DNA from: Eledone cirrhosa
Taxonomy: Eukaryota
Direction: 5' to 3'
Length of the DNA: 64,000 bases
Assembly: GCA_964016885.1 (NCBI GenBank)
Contig: OZ024755.1
Coordinates: 30,566,001-30,630,000, forward strand
Shown: positions 1 to 15,552 of the stretch, in pieces
Numbering within the stretch: position 1 is the first letter of the stretch
How the letters are laid out: every line of letters starts with the position of its first letter
Translations under genes and position numbers: made by a program
The notes under the pieces: model-generated
Seen by the model: only the letters and a program-made list of their open reading frames with translations
Told to the model about the DNA's origin: nothing
The model's database searches: none

Positions 1-26
1 TATATATATATATATATATATATATA

Positions 27-73
<47 letters not shown>

Positions 74-86
74 GTATATATATATA

Positions 87-132
<46 letters not shown>

Positions 133-155
133 GTATATCTCTGTATATATATATA

Positions 156-192
<37 letters not shown>

Positions 193-377
193 GTATATAT
201 ATATATATATATATATATCTGTATATATATATATATATATATATCTGTATATATATCTGTATATATATATATATATATATACAGATATATATACAGATAT
301 ATATATATATATACAGATATATATATATATATATATATATATCTGTATATATATATATATCTGTATATATATATATA

Positions 378-424
<47 letters not shown>

Positions 425-868
425 ATACAGATATATATATATATACAGATATATATAGATATATATATATATACATATATATACATATATATATACAGAT
501 ATATACATATATATATACAGATATATACATATATATATACAGATATATACATATATATATACAGATATATATATACATATAGAGATATATATATACACAT
601 ATATATACATATATATATATACAGATATATATATACATATATATACATATATATATATATACAGATTATATATATATATATATATATATATATAACAAAG
701 GAATTGTGGTAAGGAACCAGATGAACCATAACACACCAGAGTACTCAATACTTAGGGTAGTAGACTGGGAAATAGGAAAAAGTATGAGTCCGACGAGCTC
801 AAGCTGTTTCGACGGCTATTTCTGGACGTCGAAACGGCTTGAGCTCTGCCGTCGGGGTCATACTTTTT

Positions 869-940
<72 letters not shown>

Positions 941-1444
941 CATACACATACATATAATGTGTGTGAGATAATGAGATAAATGGAGATAAATATATACAGA
1001 TATACATATATATACATATATATACATATATATATATACATATATATACATATATATATATACAGATATATACATATATATATACAGATATATATATATA
1101 TACAGATATATACATATATATATATATATATACATATATATATACAGATATATACATATATATATATATATATACATATATATACATATATATATACAGA
1201 TATATATATATATATATACAGATATATATATATATATATATATATACAGATATATACATATATATATACAGATATATACATATATATATACAGATATATA
1301 CATATATACAGATATATACATATATATATACAGATATATACATATATATACATATATATATACATATATATATACAGATATATACATATATATATACAGA
1401 TATATACATATATATATATATATATATACATATATATATACAGA

Positions 1445-1478
<34 letters not shown>

Positions 1479-1650
1479 CATATATATACCTATATATATA
1501 TACAGATATATATATATACATATATATACAGATATATATATATATATATATATATACAGATATATATATATATATATACAGATATATACATATATATATA
1601 TACAGATATATACATATATATATATACATATTATATATATATATATATAT
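1..1650. repeat. (TA)n microsatellite field with TACA/TACAGA variants
   Basis: Direct reading; interrupted by family A at 693-872. Confidence 0.95.
693..872 (-). mobile_element. Family A fold-back element (Penelope-like pLTR derivative) in (TA)n
   Basis: Long arm on minus strand plus short inverted arm ending ...TTTTTCC|TATA; carries GAAACGGC-TTGAGCTCT-GCCGTC-GGGG. Confidence 0.75.
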
Positions 1651-1969
1651 GATGTGTGTGAGAGAATGAGATAAATGGAGATAAATAGATATGGAGATAA
1701 ATAGATATACAGTTAGGGAGGTGTAGCAGTAGACGTGTATATAGCTATCGATGTGACTTCCTTTCAGTAAGCTCGTGCCCTCTCGACAGATCAACTAAAT
1801 TGTTATTCATACCATGTAATGCTTTTCTCATTTCCTTTAGTTATTCACACATTTTAGCTTCGTATGCTTATATACGTGTCTGCGTGTCTGAGAGTACGTT
1901 GATAGATATGTATAAGTATTCATATATATATATGTATATTTTATGTATATATATATATACATACATATA

Positions 1970-2186
1970 TAGGAACAAGTATGTCCCCGACGGCAGAGCT
2001 CAAGCCGTCTCGACGGCTATTTCTGGACTCTATTCATCACTGTTTCTGTCCAGAAATAGCCGTCGAAACGGCTTGAGCTCTGCCGTCGGGGTCATACTTG
2101 TTCCTATTACCCACTCTACTACCCTGGGTTTTGTCTACATTGCTGCGCTATGGTCCATCTGGTTCCTTACCACAATTCCTTCGTTA
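1970..2186 (+). mobile_element. Family A fold-back element in (TA)n
   Basis: Inverted arms about 1970-2027 and 2047-2106, then shared tail CCCACTCTACTACCC..TTCCTTACCACAATTCC. Confidence 0.75.
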
Positions 2187-2213
2187 CATACATATATATA
2201 TATATATTTATAG

Positions 2214-2273
<60 letters not shown>

Positions 2274-2333
2274 GTGAGGTTTTTTTTACAAAATGAAAAA
2301 TAACCGAGGTGTCCTACACGAGTGAAAGTATAA

Positions 2334-2774
<441 letters not shown>

Positions 2775-2847
2775 TAACAGATTAAAGTTTAAGCAAAGAA
2801 TCGCTGCTTTCACCCTTAACGGGATCTTCTGAAACTAACAAAGTCAA

Positions 2848-2893
<46 letters not shown>

Positions 2894-2925
2894 TGTATAT
2901 ATCTATATATATATATATATATAGT

Positions 2926-2963
<38 letters not shown>

Positions 2964-2965
2964 TG

Positions 2966-2998
<33 letters not shown>

Positions 2999-3043
2999 AT
3001 GTATGTATATTTAGTTATGTAATAAACAACATATGATAATTAT

Positions 3044-3107
3044 TTCATTTACCAGTGGTTTCTTGAGGACAGATGTTTATATCTGTCTTCAGTCATCAGA
3101 AAGAATA
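3044..3107 (-). ncRNA. Hammerhead ribozyme candidate
   Basis: Minus strand CTGATGA-C-TGAAGACAGAT-ataaac-ATCTGTCCTCA-A-GAAAC-CACTG-GTA; stem I imperfect; short inverted copy of the GAAAC arm at 3110-3126. Confidence 0.65.
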
Positions 3108-3147
3108 GTAAGAAACCACTAGTAAATCAAGAGCTCTGCCGTCGGGG

Positions 3148-3198
<51 letters not shown>

Positions 3199-3849
3199 AT
3201 GGTTGCAATAAATGCGTCCGTAGGCGGTATGCCGTTTGAGCACTCGATGCTCGTGAAGAGCAGAGTATATTATTATATATAACGAGGAATCAGTAATGCA
3301 TCAAAACACAATCGGATGGAATGCTCTGAAAACGCAAAAGATATCTGAGGAACTTGCGAATGCAAAGAGTCAGGTTCGATCCGTAACAAATCCTGCCTTG
3401 AGCTGATCGTCGAAGAAATATATGTAATATGTTAATAAATTGTGATTTGATGCATGAAACCCTCAAAGTTGATGACAGATCATGGAAGAATAGTAAATAA
3501 GGAGGAAGAAATAATTAACATAACAATGAACCAATTTCCATATAGAATTGAAGTGAATAGCAACAGATGCGTTTGTTTTATTTTCGAAATATCATCCTTT
3601 CAACGCCAGAGTCTTGTATTGACAGAATTAGGAGAGCATCCTAGAAAGAGTTATTTTGTTATGGCTGTTTTCATTCTAAGTTCAATTTCGCCAAAGTCAA
3701 CTTTGCTTTTCATCTTCCCGGGTTCGATAAAATAAAATACCAGTAATGCACTGGGATAATTGCTGACCTTGTGCCAAAAGTAGAAACAATTATTAATTCT
3801 ACATTAATACATGAAGACATATAGTCTATTGAATTTTTATATTTCATGA

Positions 3850-4830
3850 AATTCTTTTATCCCTCTTTAACATTTTGCTGCCCTATCTTCAGGATACAAT
3901 CTATCGTATTTCTTCTCCAATTTTAACAATTTCCCTTTTTTTGTGTGTCCTTCCATGCCTTAATAACTTCTCATTTTTCATCCAAAATACATTTTCTTTT
4001 CATCTTTCTTCTACTGATTAGCCCAGACACAGATTTGACTACGTTGTGTATACTTCCTTTCCAATTTTCGATGCGCCATGGATTTTTTTTTTTTTATCTA
4101 TATCTTAGAGCACTCCAAATCTATTTTCACATTCCATTACAAATTCAATTTAATTCTATCACCAAACATCGTTAACGAATCAAACCTGGTAATCTTTTCC
4201 TTCCATTCTTTAGCTTTCAACCTTTAACTGATATTTCACTATTACTGCCATATCTGATATCTTCACATCAATACGCTCCAAGTGGAGTAAGGCTTTTACT
4301 TAACGATCTTTAAAATACGACGAATTTCTAAATGTTCTTTCTTTGATTTTAATCTGGAGATATCCAAGTATATTTAGGAATATGCCTGTACTTCTATCTA
4401 AAGTACTTGCTACGTTAATTGGCTGTACAAGCTGATCAATTACATATCAATTTCAATAGTTTAGAAATATCATTCGCTGGCAACGTGCTTTCAGTTCCTT
4501 GTTGAAACAATGGGTATAAAGGATCTTTAACTTCATCGGTTGCATTATTTATTCTTATGCAGCTGATACTGTGTTGCTTAGCATTTACTATACGTATTCA
4601 GTCATTATCTAAATGTTTCCATTCAGAAAATCAAATTTAAGCCTTTTTCCAATCAATACTATTGCACTCAATATTACCATCACTTCCAGATATCAAAATA
4701 TATTTGCTTCTATTGTAACGATTTGATACATATCCAACAAGTATAGTTTCCAATACAACCATTTTGTTTTCTTTCATCGTCCAGCCTGTATTGTTTCATT
4801 CTACGTCAATGTTCCAATACATTTTTCAGT
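3850..4830 (-). pseudogene. Decayed RTE-like LINE endonuclease region
   Basis: Frameshifted traces of IGT.NV..QAG and NATDEVKD.Y motifs. Confidence 0.35.
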
Positions 4831-5104
4831 ATTTGTATTAATAAACCGACCGATACTAAATACTTGTTTCTACGTTAGGCACAAGGCCAGCCATTACCCA
4901 GTGCATTACTGGTACTTTATTTTATCGACCCCGTAAGGATGAAAGGCAAAGTCAACCTCGGCGGGATTGAAATAATGATATTTGGGTAATGAGAAAAGTG
5001 GGTAATGTGAAAAGCGTCAGGACCCCGACGGCCGAACGTTTCGACAGCTAGATACGAATTTAATATAGAAATGGCTTCTACAGGACTAGTCATGTAGAAG
5101 CCAG

Positions 5105-5256
<152 letters not shown>

Positions 5257-6258
5257 TTATATAGAAATTGTTTTCATAAAAATATAAAAATACACAAATT
5301 AATTAAAATTAAATCCTAAATTAGTTAAACTCCTAAGTTGTAGCCAAAGTGCTTCCCACTGTCTAAACAACCACCGTAATTAACAGAGGCACTTGTATAT
5401 TGTATTTTGTCAAATCTCAACCTAAACATGTTTGGATTAGTAAAATATCACTCACGTAAGTTGTAAATAAATACGCTCAAAAAATAAAATAGTTTTGAAA
5501 ACTATGGCTTCGTGGGAGATTAATAGGAGTGAAATTAAATCAATTCTATTTGATTTAATTAACATTTTTATATGTAATACCACTAATTTTTTTTTTTAGA
5601 CGATCGACTTTCGTCAAATCGGACCGAGGGAACAATGTTTCCGTTGGTCTTTCCAATTGCTAATACTATCTATCGGTCGCAACTCCAGGTAGAAGGAGCA
5701 ACGTGAAATAAAGTGTCTTGCTCAAGGACATAACGCATCGCCTGGTCCAGGAATCGAACTCACAACCTTACAATTGCGAATCCAATTCTCTAACCACTCA
5801 GCCACACGCCTTCTTACCACTAATGACGATGGGTAAATCATAAGACTATATCATATTAAATAAAAGAAAAATCAATCTGAAACCGCTTTCTGAATGTAAA
5901 TTCAATACTGAATAAATATTTGCATTCCAGCCTTCATCATTCTATCTCTTTAGATACGTCGTCTCAGATTATATTTTCCTAGAGGTTTTTTCATTAAGAC
6001 ATTATCGTGTGATTAGTGAGCAATTTGGCTGTCATTTAGAAATTGCTAAATCGCCTAATGTGGTCCCTAGGGCATTGAAAATTTGAAATTGCTCAAAACA
6101 CTCACACGACCGTAAGTATTACATATGTAAAGTTTGAAAACAATCAGTTGGGTGGTTCTCGAGTTTTGGGGAGTCAGACATTCTCTGTTTTAGATATATA
6201 GATCTCTCAATAACTATTGATTAATCTATTTATTTATCTATCCCATTCCCCTTCTCTA

Positions 6259-6355
<97 letters not shown>

Positions 6356-7163
6356 TTATCGATTCATCGATCTATTTTCTTTTCATATTTATCGTTGTAT
6401 GTTTTTTTATAGTGAAGGCGCGTGGCTGAATGGTTAGAGAATTGGATTCGCAATTGTGATGTTGTCAGTTCGATTCCCTGACCGGGCCATGCGTTATGTC
6501 CTTGAGCAAGACACTTTTGCTCCTTCTACCTGGAGTTGCGATAGTATTAGCAATTTGAAAGACCAATGGAAACAATTGTTTCCTCGGTACGATTTTACGA
6601 AAGTCGATCAACTGTCGATTTTTATATATTTGTCTACACTCACAGGGACACAGATACTAATTTATTCTAAGCATTTAATCTGTTTATATATTTCTTATAT
6701 CCCTTCCCAAATATACAATATGCTTTTGAAAATTTAAGAGTTTTCTGACAAAATCAAATTTTCCGACGACAATTTTTTTGTCAGAATAATAATATAGAAC
6801 TATATAAGATAGTAGCATACACATACACGTACACCAGGTCCGAACACAGAGGAGCCAAACTCTCACTGTCATCGCCTCCATCTCTCTCGCTCCCACCCAC
6901 ATACACGTACACCAGGTCCGAACACAGAAGAGCCGAACTCCCACTGTCATCGCCTCCCAATCTCTCATTATACATTACTGTACAAGAATCATTTTTGGTT
7001 GTTTCTTTCTCTCTCTCTCGCTCTGATCTCTCTCTCTCTCTCCCTTCTCTCTCTATCTATGCCCACTTTCAGCTACACTTTGGAATCTAAACCTTAGCAC
7101 TCAGTCCCACATGACACCATCAAGAAAACTGACAGTCTTCCCCCTATTCATGTCTCATTTGAG

Positions 7164-7509
7164 GACTTCGAAGACCCCATTCCTGTCCCGAATGACCATG
7201 TGATATGCATCTAGAAAGTTTCCCTCCGAGGCAGAAGTCTGGGCAAGGTTGTTGTGGAAGACCAGCAGTCGCTCCTCATGCATACCAGCCTCCCCTCTCC
7301 ACGCCAACGATGTTGTCCAAGGGGAAGGCAATGGCCGATACAGCTTGACACCAGTGACACCGCAACTCATTTCTACAGCTAAGTAAACTGGAGCAACGTT
7401 AAATAAAGTATCTTGCTCAAGGACACAACGCATCACCCGGTCCGAGAATCGAACTCACAACCTTTCGATTGCTAGCCCAATGCTCTAACCACTAAGCTAT
7501 GCGCCTTCA
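7164..7509 (-). mobile_element. SINE family 2b (same head/core, different 3' body)
   Basis: TSD CATTTGAG; other copies at 14890-15210 and 54887-55140 (+); head at 12996-13108. Confidence 0.85.
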
Positions 7510-8624
7510 TTTGAGCACTATATAACTAAGAACTCGCTTTCATTCTAATACTGTAAGGCGAATTCCTAAAGATGGAAACATAACAAGGCATCTATCATTC
7601 ATTTAATAAACAAGGATTTACTCTGTCTCTTTTTTGCCTTAAATCGTTGTACTTTCCGCTTCAAACTGGAATAGCAATTTGTGTGTGTACATTGGTGTGC
7701 ACATGTACATGTGCGTGTGTGTACGTATATTTGCGTGTGTCTACATTCTTCTATCTAAATCACAATGGCTAAACCCTAGCAAATTGCAATCAGCTATAAA
7801 CTGTATTTATCAATTTCCGCCGACGACAAGGAATAATAATTGATCCCTAAGCAGCAGGAAGTTTTGTTGAAATATAATATTTAGCAAGTTAAGTATAGAT
7901 AATTCGTTTGCGCTTATCTGGACTCTCCCATCTGTAAAGCTATTAAATTCTATATTACTCGAAGTGTCTAATGCATGGGAACAATAACCAGAATCAGCTG
8001 GATTTAATTTCCCATCCACCATTCAATATCTAACCGACACAAACATAGGTTTATAAACAAGACAATTCTTATTGGTCTTGTCTACAGATTAATAGATACT
8101 GCTGCAGTGTTATATAAATCACATGCCGTTGTAAGCAATGTCTTCCGCGATACATTCATTGGTTTGCAGTTTATCGTCACAGAGAATTGCAAAAGTTGCT
8201 TTGGAAAGGGTATTGTCATATTAAAGGACCGTTTTCACGGAAGCAAAGGGTTCCGCGGAACCCACATTGGGAACCACTGGTCTAATATGTCAAGACAAAT
8301 AAGGTCTGAATCAATCTCTGTAATTCACCTGTGTAGCTTTAGTGTATCGCAATTGTACTGTAAAATATTCTCATAATTTTCTGCCAAAAGTTCCTCAAGA
8401 AAAAATAAACAAGTATAGAACGACATTTAAATTGGATATCATTGGAATTAATGAGAATAATAAATTTATCATTGTTTAATGGAGTAAAAGAGCAAATGAA
8501 AATATTCAAACATGTTACACGGTTTTATTTTGTTAGTAGGAAATATAGTTTGTTGTATAGAAACATCGACATTATGACCACAATATAAAGAAATCATTAT
8601 TACTACAATATATAAAGGACAGTG

Positions 8625-9400
8625 GGTAGAGGTTCGGACGCCATGCTGTGCAGGATAGAGTTACGGCCCTTTATGATCTGAGCTCAAATCCTGCGAGGTT
8701 AACATTGCCTTTCATCCCTATGGGGTCGATAAAATAAAGTACCAGTCACGCACTGGGGTCGATTTAATCGACTTTCCCCCTCCCCCCAAAAATTGCTGGC
8801 CTTGTGCCTATATATACTAGTACTTTATACAAAATAAAGTACCAGTAATGCACTGGGTAATTGCTGGCCTTGTGCCAAAAGTAGAAACAATTATTACTAC
8901 AATATATTATTTTTTCCTGTTTGTTTCCGTAACCAAGACACCAGCTTATGGATACATTATATTTTTACTGTAATCTCATCTACTTAAAAGTAGTATCCAT
9001 GTAATAGTCAATTCGATAAATTGTACTAAATAAAATGTACTAAAATACCTCGTACTTTGCGCAAGCGTGTGCGTTTGTTTCTTTTTATATACAGGGTGGG
9101 CCAGAATTCATAACTCACGTGTTTATTTATAGATTATTTTTAAATAAAAAACTTGTGAGGCATATTAAGAAATAAAAAAATAAATTAAGAAACCTGCTAA
9201 GCATATTAAGAAATAAAATGATAAATGAAAACAATACAATAATAATAAAATAAATATGTTAAGAAATATAACTAACAATTGAGTCATGAATTCTGGCCCA
9301 CCCTGTACATAAACCATAATTTGCTTTCGCCCTTAATATGGTGGATACCTAAATGTATTTGTGAGTGAATTTTTATATTATTATTCACTCACGAAAACAT

Positions 9401-9434
<34 letters not shown>

Positions 9435-9466
9435 CGAGAGAGAGAGATGCCAATATATATCTCTCC

Positions 9467-9509
<43 letters not shown>

Positions 9510-10315
9510 GTATTAAATAAATGGAAACTATATTTATAAAACCATATTTATTTTATTATATATATTTCAAGGGTACTAAAACACATTAGTACACAAAGTT
9601 TGTTTTATAAATAGAGACATACCCAGGAAAATCATACGGGGTCGATAAAATAAAGTACCAGTAATACACTGGGGTAATGGCTGGCTTTGTGCCAAAAGTA
9701 GAAACAATTATTGTAGGGATTATTAATTCTGAAGTTTATAATTGTTTCTAGTTTTGGCACAAGGCCAGCAAATATTCAGTGCATTACTGGTACTTTATTT
9801 TATCGACCCCGTAAGGATGAAAGGCAAAGTTAACCTCAGCGGGATTTGAACTCAGAATGGCAAGAGCCGTAACTCTATGGCGTCCGATCCTCTACCGATA
9901 CTGCCAATGGTTTCTGATTTAGGCACAAGGCCAACAATTTTGGGGGAGGGGAAAGTCCATTAAATTGACCCCAGTGCATTACTGGTACATTATACGACCC
10001 CCGTAAGGATTAAAGGCAAAACTAACCTCGACAGGATTTAAACTCAGATCGTAAATGGCCGTAAGTCCACCGCCCTCATTTCTGAAGTTAATATTGGTTT
10101 CTTATATAGGCACTAGGCCAGCAATTTTAGGGGAGGGGAAAGTCGATTAAATCGACCCAAGTGCGTGAAAGAAAACGAAGCAAATGAAGCACAGGGATAA
10201 TATTATTCAAGGTAATAATTGTTTCTACTTTTGGCACAAGGTCAGTAATTATACCAGTGTATTACTGGTACGTTATTTTATCGACCCCGTAAGGATGAAA
10301 GGCAAAGCTAACTTC
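8625..10315. mobile_element. SINE family 1 cluster (8625-8895 +, 9636-9712 +, 9740-10315 several -)
   Basis: Repeated core and tail GCTGGCCTTGTGCCAAAAGTAGAAACAATT in both orientations. Confidence 0.85.
9092..9305. mobile_element. Tc1/mariner-type MITE
   Basis: TA TSD; 26-bp TIR CAGGGTGGGCCAGAATTCAT(A/G)ACTCA. Confidence 0.85.
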
Positions 10316-10511
10316 GCTCTCAGTTCTGAAGTTAATATTAAAAGCGTAAATGAGGGGAAATGGGTACATTCAACTACCAATTGAATACATCTCACAGCTT
10401 CAGCTGTCTAATATTTTTCCTCTTGATTTGCCGATGTTCCTAAGATTTCCATATATTTATTTGCTTTAGTCTAATTTGAATAGCCAATAACGTCTGGCAG
10501 ACTTCATAATA

Positions 10512-10799
10512 CGAGGGTAGGATGAAAAGTTCATCGGCTTACCAAGATACTCTCATGGTATGACCAAATAAGGATTATTTTTCAACATAGTTCATGGAAA
10601 GAAACAATCCTTATTTGGTCATACCATGAGAGTATCTTGGTAAGCCGATGAACTTTTCATCCTACCCTCGTATTATGAAGTCTGCCAGACGTTATTTTTC
10701 AACATAGTTCATGGAAAGAAACAAGGCAATTATTAATAAGAAGAAATTAGTGCATGCAAGATTTCAGAGTCAGCCTATGAACTCTTCTGCCCACCCTCG
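10512..10799. mobile_element. Mariner-type MITE with secondary inverted duplication
   Basis: TA|CGAGGGTAGGATGAAAAGTTCAT .. ATGAACTCTTCTGCCCACCCTCG|TA. Confidence 0.75.
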
Positions 10800-13270
10800 T
10801 AAAATGTAATATTTATACATACCTTATAAATATTAGACATGTATTTGAAGGGAATATGTTTGGTTCGACTTGTTATTGAAATCTTGTCGTAGTCTTTAAA
10901 GTATCATGAAATTAACCCTTATTCTTCAAGCTTGATAAGGACTATGGATTTCTGAAAATCGGTATAAGACATACTATAGCTGGCATATATAACTGACCCT
11001 TGTATTTGACAAGTACATATGTTATCAATCCAATGAGCCAGGCAAGTGACTTGGGCAGAATTTGAACTGTTAACAGATTCCAACATAACTTCAGTAAACA
11101 CTTTCGTAGATTCTGTAATTCTCACAGCAAACGCCATTTTTTTCGAGGTTTTTAATTTATTTTGAAAAGATGCCCAGCTGTTATTGATATTGGGGAGTAA
11201 CAGTACTTTTGAGTTAAGTTTCACAGCGGTTAACCTTACTTTTTATCTTTCCATGACACTAAGAGTTTATACTGTGGTCAAATCAAGTAATACACGACCA
11301 AATATTCTTTCTCTGCACCAGAAATTGATTTTGTGAGCGAGAAGTATCATTAGATTTTTAAGTATAGTTTAGACGACAGAGAAAATAACAACCTGGTAAG
11401 AATAGTTCAGATTATTTAGTTAGCTATTTATCTCTTAAATCATCTACGTTGAAGCTTAGATTTGACTTGTCTTTTATCCGTCACTAAGCACCAGTGTGAA
11501 ATTCTATCCGTTTTATGACATTGTCACTATCATAAAATGAAATCAAATACTTCGATAAAAATCCCTCTATATATCTTTTTTTCTGAATCATAAAGAATAA
11601 AACCCATAAATACCACATTGTTATTCAAAGTAAATTCTCTAAATCATTGCAATGATGTAAAAACATTTAGCGATTGCGCTGTAAGAACACGTAGCGTTAC
11701 TAAATGTTTCAATAAAATAGATTCTTTGCGGTTTCTTTTTAAATGATTTATTTTCTTTAATATATAATTTTTTTTTGCTTATACATTTGTTTTTTTTTTT
11801 TTGCTTATACATTTGTTTCATTTTGTTTACTTTTGTTTCCTTTGGGATTTTTTTTTTTGTTTCTTTTGGGTTTTTTTGGGGGGGGGGTGCTGTATTACAA
11901 GGTGAATCAAAAATAAATGTTGGAATTACAGGGTTCTGTTTTAAATCTAAAATTACTATACATCTTTATCGAAAATCATTAGCAAACGAATGGAACAGAA
12001 AGTAATATCTATTATTCCTTGTGAATATATGATCTCTTCTCTTTGTTTTATATTCTTTAAGCACTTCCATTACAGTCGTTACAATTGTTTAACGAAAGGG
12101 CAAGACACTCGTTAGAATGTTGAACACAATAACTATTTGTAGAACCTGTGACAATTCCCCTCCGATTAGAGATTAAATTTACATGAATTTAAGTGTGCAG
12201 GTGTATGTATGGGCATGTGTGTGCACATGTGTGTGTCTGTATGTGTGTGTGTCTCTGTGTGTGTGTGTATGTATGGGGGGTGCTCGCGCGCGCGTCTCTG
12301 TGTAATGCGTAAGTTGAAAAGAGTTCTGTTCATCAAACCTGGCAGAAAATTGGTTTAACTGTAAATCAGCTACATTGAACAACAACAAGCAACTATAATA
12401 ATAACAATGGTTTCTACTTTAGGCACAAGGCCAGCAATTGGGGGGAGGGGGCGTAAAGTCTTAAATCTTCCCCTGTGCATATTTTATCGATCGCATAAGT
12501 ATTAAAGTGTAATCCTCGAGCATGTTTCCTTACTATTAATATTTTGAACATGTCTTTGATTTCCTTCTACAGTTAAGGTTGTTTAAGCCGTAACACTCAG
12601 CCTTTCTTCATTGTGGATTATATGTCAGCTGTTTTTGAGAGCGTAACATTCAAACATGTTGCGACATTGATATTATTGATAACTTTTATCTTTGATAAAA
12701 TGTTCTAAGGCCTGCTGTTTCCAACACATAAACGTGTGTGTATCTCGTGATTTAAGTGTTTTTGTAGAATAACTTGAAGCCATTTGAGATCATCTGTGGC
12801 GCAAATATGGCTGGATTTCTTATTAAATAGTTTCTATTAAGTGTGCTTGAGCAAACTTAAATGTTGATGTAATTTCGTAGGAGGTATGTTGTCAAGTTAA
12901 CTAACCTCGGAATACACATAAACATTGATAAGCAAACATTCCTGAGGTATAAGTTTGGATGATACAAAATTTAACACTTCTTGTCTAGTATCTTGTAGAG
13001 GTGCGTGGCCTAGTGGTAAGGGTGTTTAATGTACGATCATAATGTCGTGGGTTCGATTCCTGGGCTGGGTTGGTGTTGTGATCTTGAGAAAAACACTTCA
13101 TTTCACGTAAGAAGTCCTAGATACTTCCTCTGCTATGTTATAGCTTACTAGCTCTATACGGACGTTTAAATTGATTAAATAAATAAATAAAACGTCGCTA
13201 TACTGTATATGTTGAGTTGTGATATAGACAAAAACGCAACTTATTTTACTTTTCTACCATTCATCTAGTC

Positions 13271-13570
13271 CATGGGTGAGTAACATATTCCATTGGAGGG
13301 CCACTTTTCAACATTGGAACAACTATTAGGGCCATTAATATTTATTAAGCACTATTCCAAAGATTCACTACAACTTCTTTCCATAACACGGAACATGGAA
13401 ATTATAACACACATAACCCTATCAGTGAAGCCCTTTAGTATAGGTCAACTAACAGAAAATTGTATTACAGTTACGAAAAAAATTCTAAATAAGCCTACAA
13501 GATAAAAATTAAAGACTGGCTAGTCTAGCGGGCTGAATTGTGCCCGCGGGTCGCCTGTTGCACTCCACTG
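13271..13570. mobile_element. hAT-type MITE
   Basis: 8-bp TSD ATCTAGTC on both sides; degenerate CA..TG TIRs; subterminal GCCCGCGGG motif. Confidence 0.7.
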
Positions 13571-14019
13571 ATCTAGTCCAAAGTAAGTATCTTATATACT
13601 CGGCTCCTTCACTTGTCTGATAGTTCATTTTGATGACTTCAGAGAGGATCAAAGTCAACAGTGGCTTGATTTGAACTTAACGTGTATATAAAGATAACAC
13701 AAGAAAGCTAAGATTATTGTCAGGGGTCATACCGAGTCTGCCATAAAGAGGCCGTCGATATTTCATTACTGATAGAACCATTAAAACATTTTGTGTGATA
13801 TCGAACCATGATAGACAAGCGTGGGTGTACTTGTATTACGAAAATGTTATGACAGAGGATAAGAAATATATCAATAACAGAAATCGAAAACTTATGTAAA
13901 TAATAATATTTACAAAAATAGCACAGTGTGGGTTATGAGACCAGAAATTCTTTTTTCTGTAGTCATAAAAACTTCTGAGATAATGTATAAAGAAAAGTAA
14001 TATTGCACTGAAAAGAAAC

Positions 14020-14800
14020 ACTTTTCCGAACGACTCATTAATCTATGATCCGAAGAGAATAACGGATTTCTGTTATATCCTTGTATTGTAGGTGATACTG
14101 CTCTTAGAAAAAAAAGTAACCAAGCTAAAATGATCCTGTTCTTGTTTAGTAATTTCCTCAATGCAGTTGGCATAGCTTCATGTACTATCCAAAGTTTTGA
14201 TTTATTTGGCTATTTGCCCATTAACCAGTATTTTACTTTCATTATTTATGTCTCTAGAGAACGTTTTGATATTTATTTCAAATATCTATTCAGAAGAAAG
14301 ATACGCTCATGTTTTTCCTGCGAGGAGTTGCTTTAATCTATCATTTTTATTATTATCTGTTTTATTTTAATATTTGGTTAGTTTTGAGGGTGGTTTTGGT
14401 TGTTGTTTTTTAGGGGGTTGGAGAGGAGGTCCTATTACGTTGAGTGTGGAGGTTATGTCTTTCCTGTAATACTTTTTACTATTATTCTTTTTTAATTATT
14501 TGCGCTGGATTTTGTTAGGCTTAGCTGAAGAGGACCTTCCTTTATTTAGGAGGACAGATTAGGATTTGGGGAGATACTGCTATGGCTACTAATTAACTTA
14601 ACCAATTGGTTCTCATGTTTGGTGGACAAATATATTTGAAGTTCACTGAGATGTTTAGCTATTATTTCACGGAGATCTTAGTGTATTCCTAGATTGGCTG
14701 GGGATTTTCTGTTTTCCTTGATTCATATTTAATGACTTCGTTATGGTCACTGCAATTTTCTTTATTGTTTCTTATGGAATTTCCTCACCGTTGACTATAA
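14020..14800 (-). pseudogene. Decayed LINE AP-endonuclease region
   Basis: SSDHRL motif in ORF 13910-14173; otherwise heavily frameshifted. Confidence 0.35.
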
Positions 14801-15552
14801 ATACCCTGATATAATTATTTTATTTACTATTAATTATCGTATCAAAAGCACATTTTCGATGTGTATCCAATATATATATACACTATATGTGATGTCGTCC
14901 AAGGGAAAGGCAAAAGCCGATACACCTTGGCACCAGTGACGTCGCAATTCATTTCTACAGCTGAGTGAACTGGAGAAACGTGAAATAAAGTGTATTGCTC
15001 AAAGACACAACACAAAGCCCGGACCGGGAATCCAACTGACAACCTCACGATTGTAAGTCCGACGCTCTAACCACTAAGCTATGCGCCTTCTTTGTGGAAG
15101 GCTGCTGGTCTTCCACAAACACATATTGCGCTGGCTAGAGTCTCGGAGGAGAATTTTCTAGTTACACAACATGGTAATTCGGTCATTCGTGACCGAAGGA
15201 GGCTTACCAGTTTTAAAGGATGTTCATGTTTTACGTCCAACGTCATTTGTGTTTCTATGCTATATATTCATGGACACTAGCTGTTATCATCTTTTGAGAG
15301 GACTTGGTGCCTAATGTTCGTGTTGCATGTGGTTTCTAGCAGGATAACATTAAACACACGCTTTATCATTCATCATAAATCTCACACCGATGAATATTGC
15401 CTCTATGGCGGGAAATAACTACAGAATACGTGTATATGGGGTTGAAATGATTAACCATATTGTCTGTGGCAATTCATTCTTAGCCAAAACGGAATATATC
15501 CACAGCTACTGTCTTGTTTCTTGTATCTCTCACACCCTTCCTCTCTATATAT

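Noticed and set aside
131-1794. Long Y/I-rich ORFs (also 49642-52748, 60435-61294)
   Set aside because: Translations of stop-free (TA)n/(TACA)n microsatellites.
14525-14562. CTGAAGA followed by a hairpin
   Set aside because: No GAAA or NUH after the stem; lies in a decayed LINE region.
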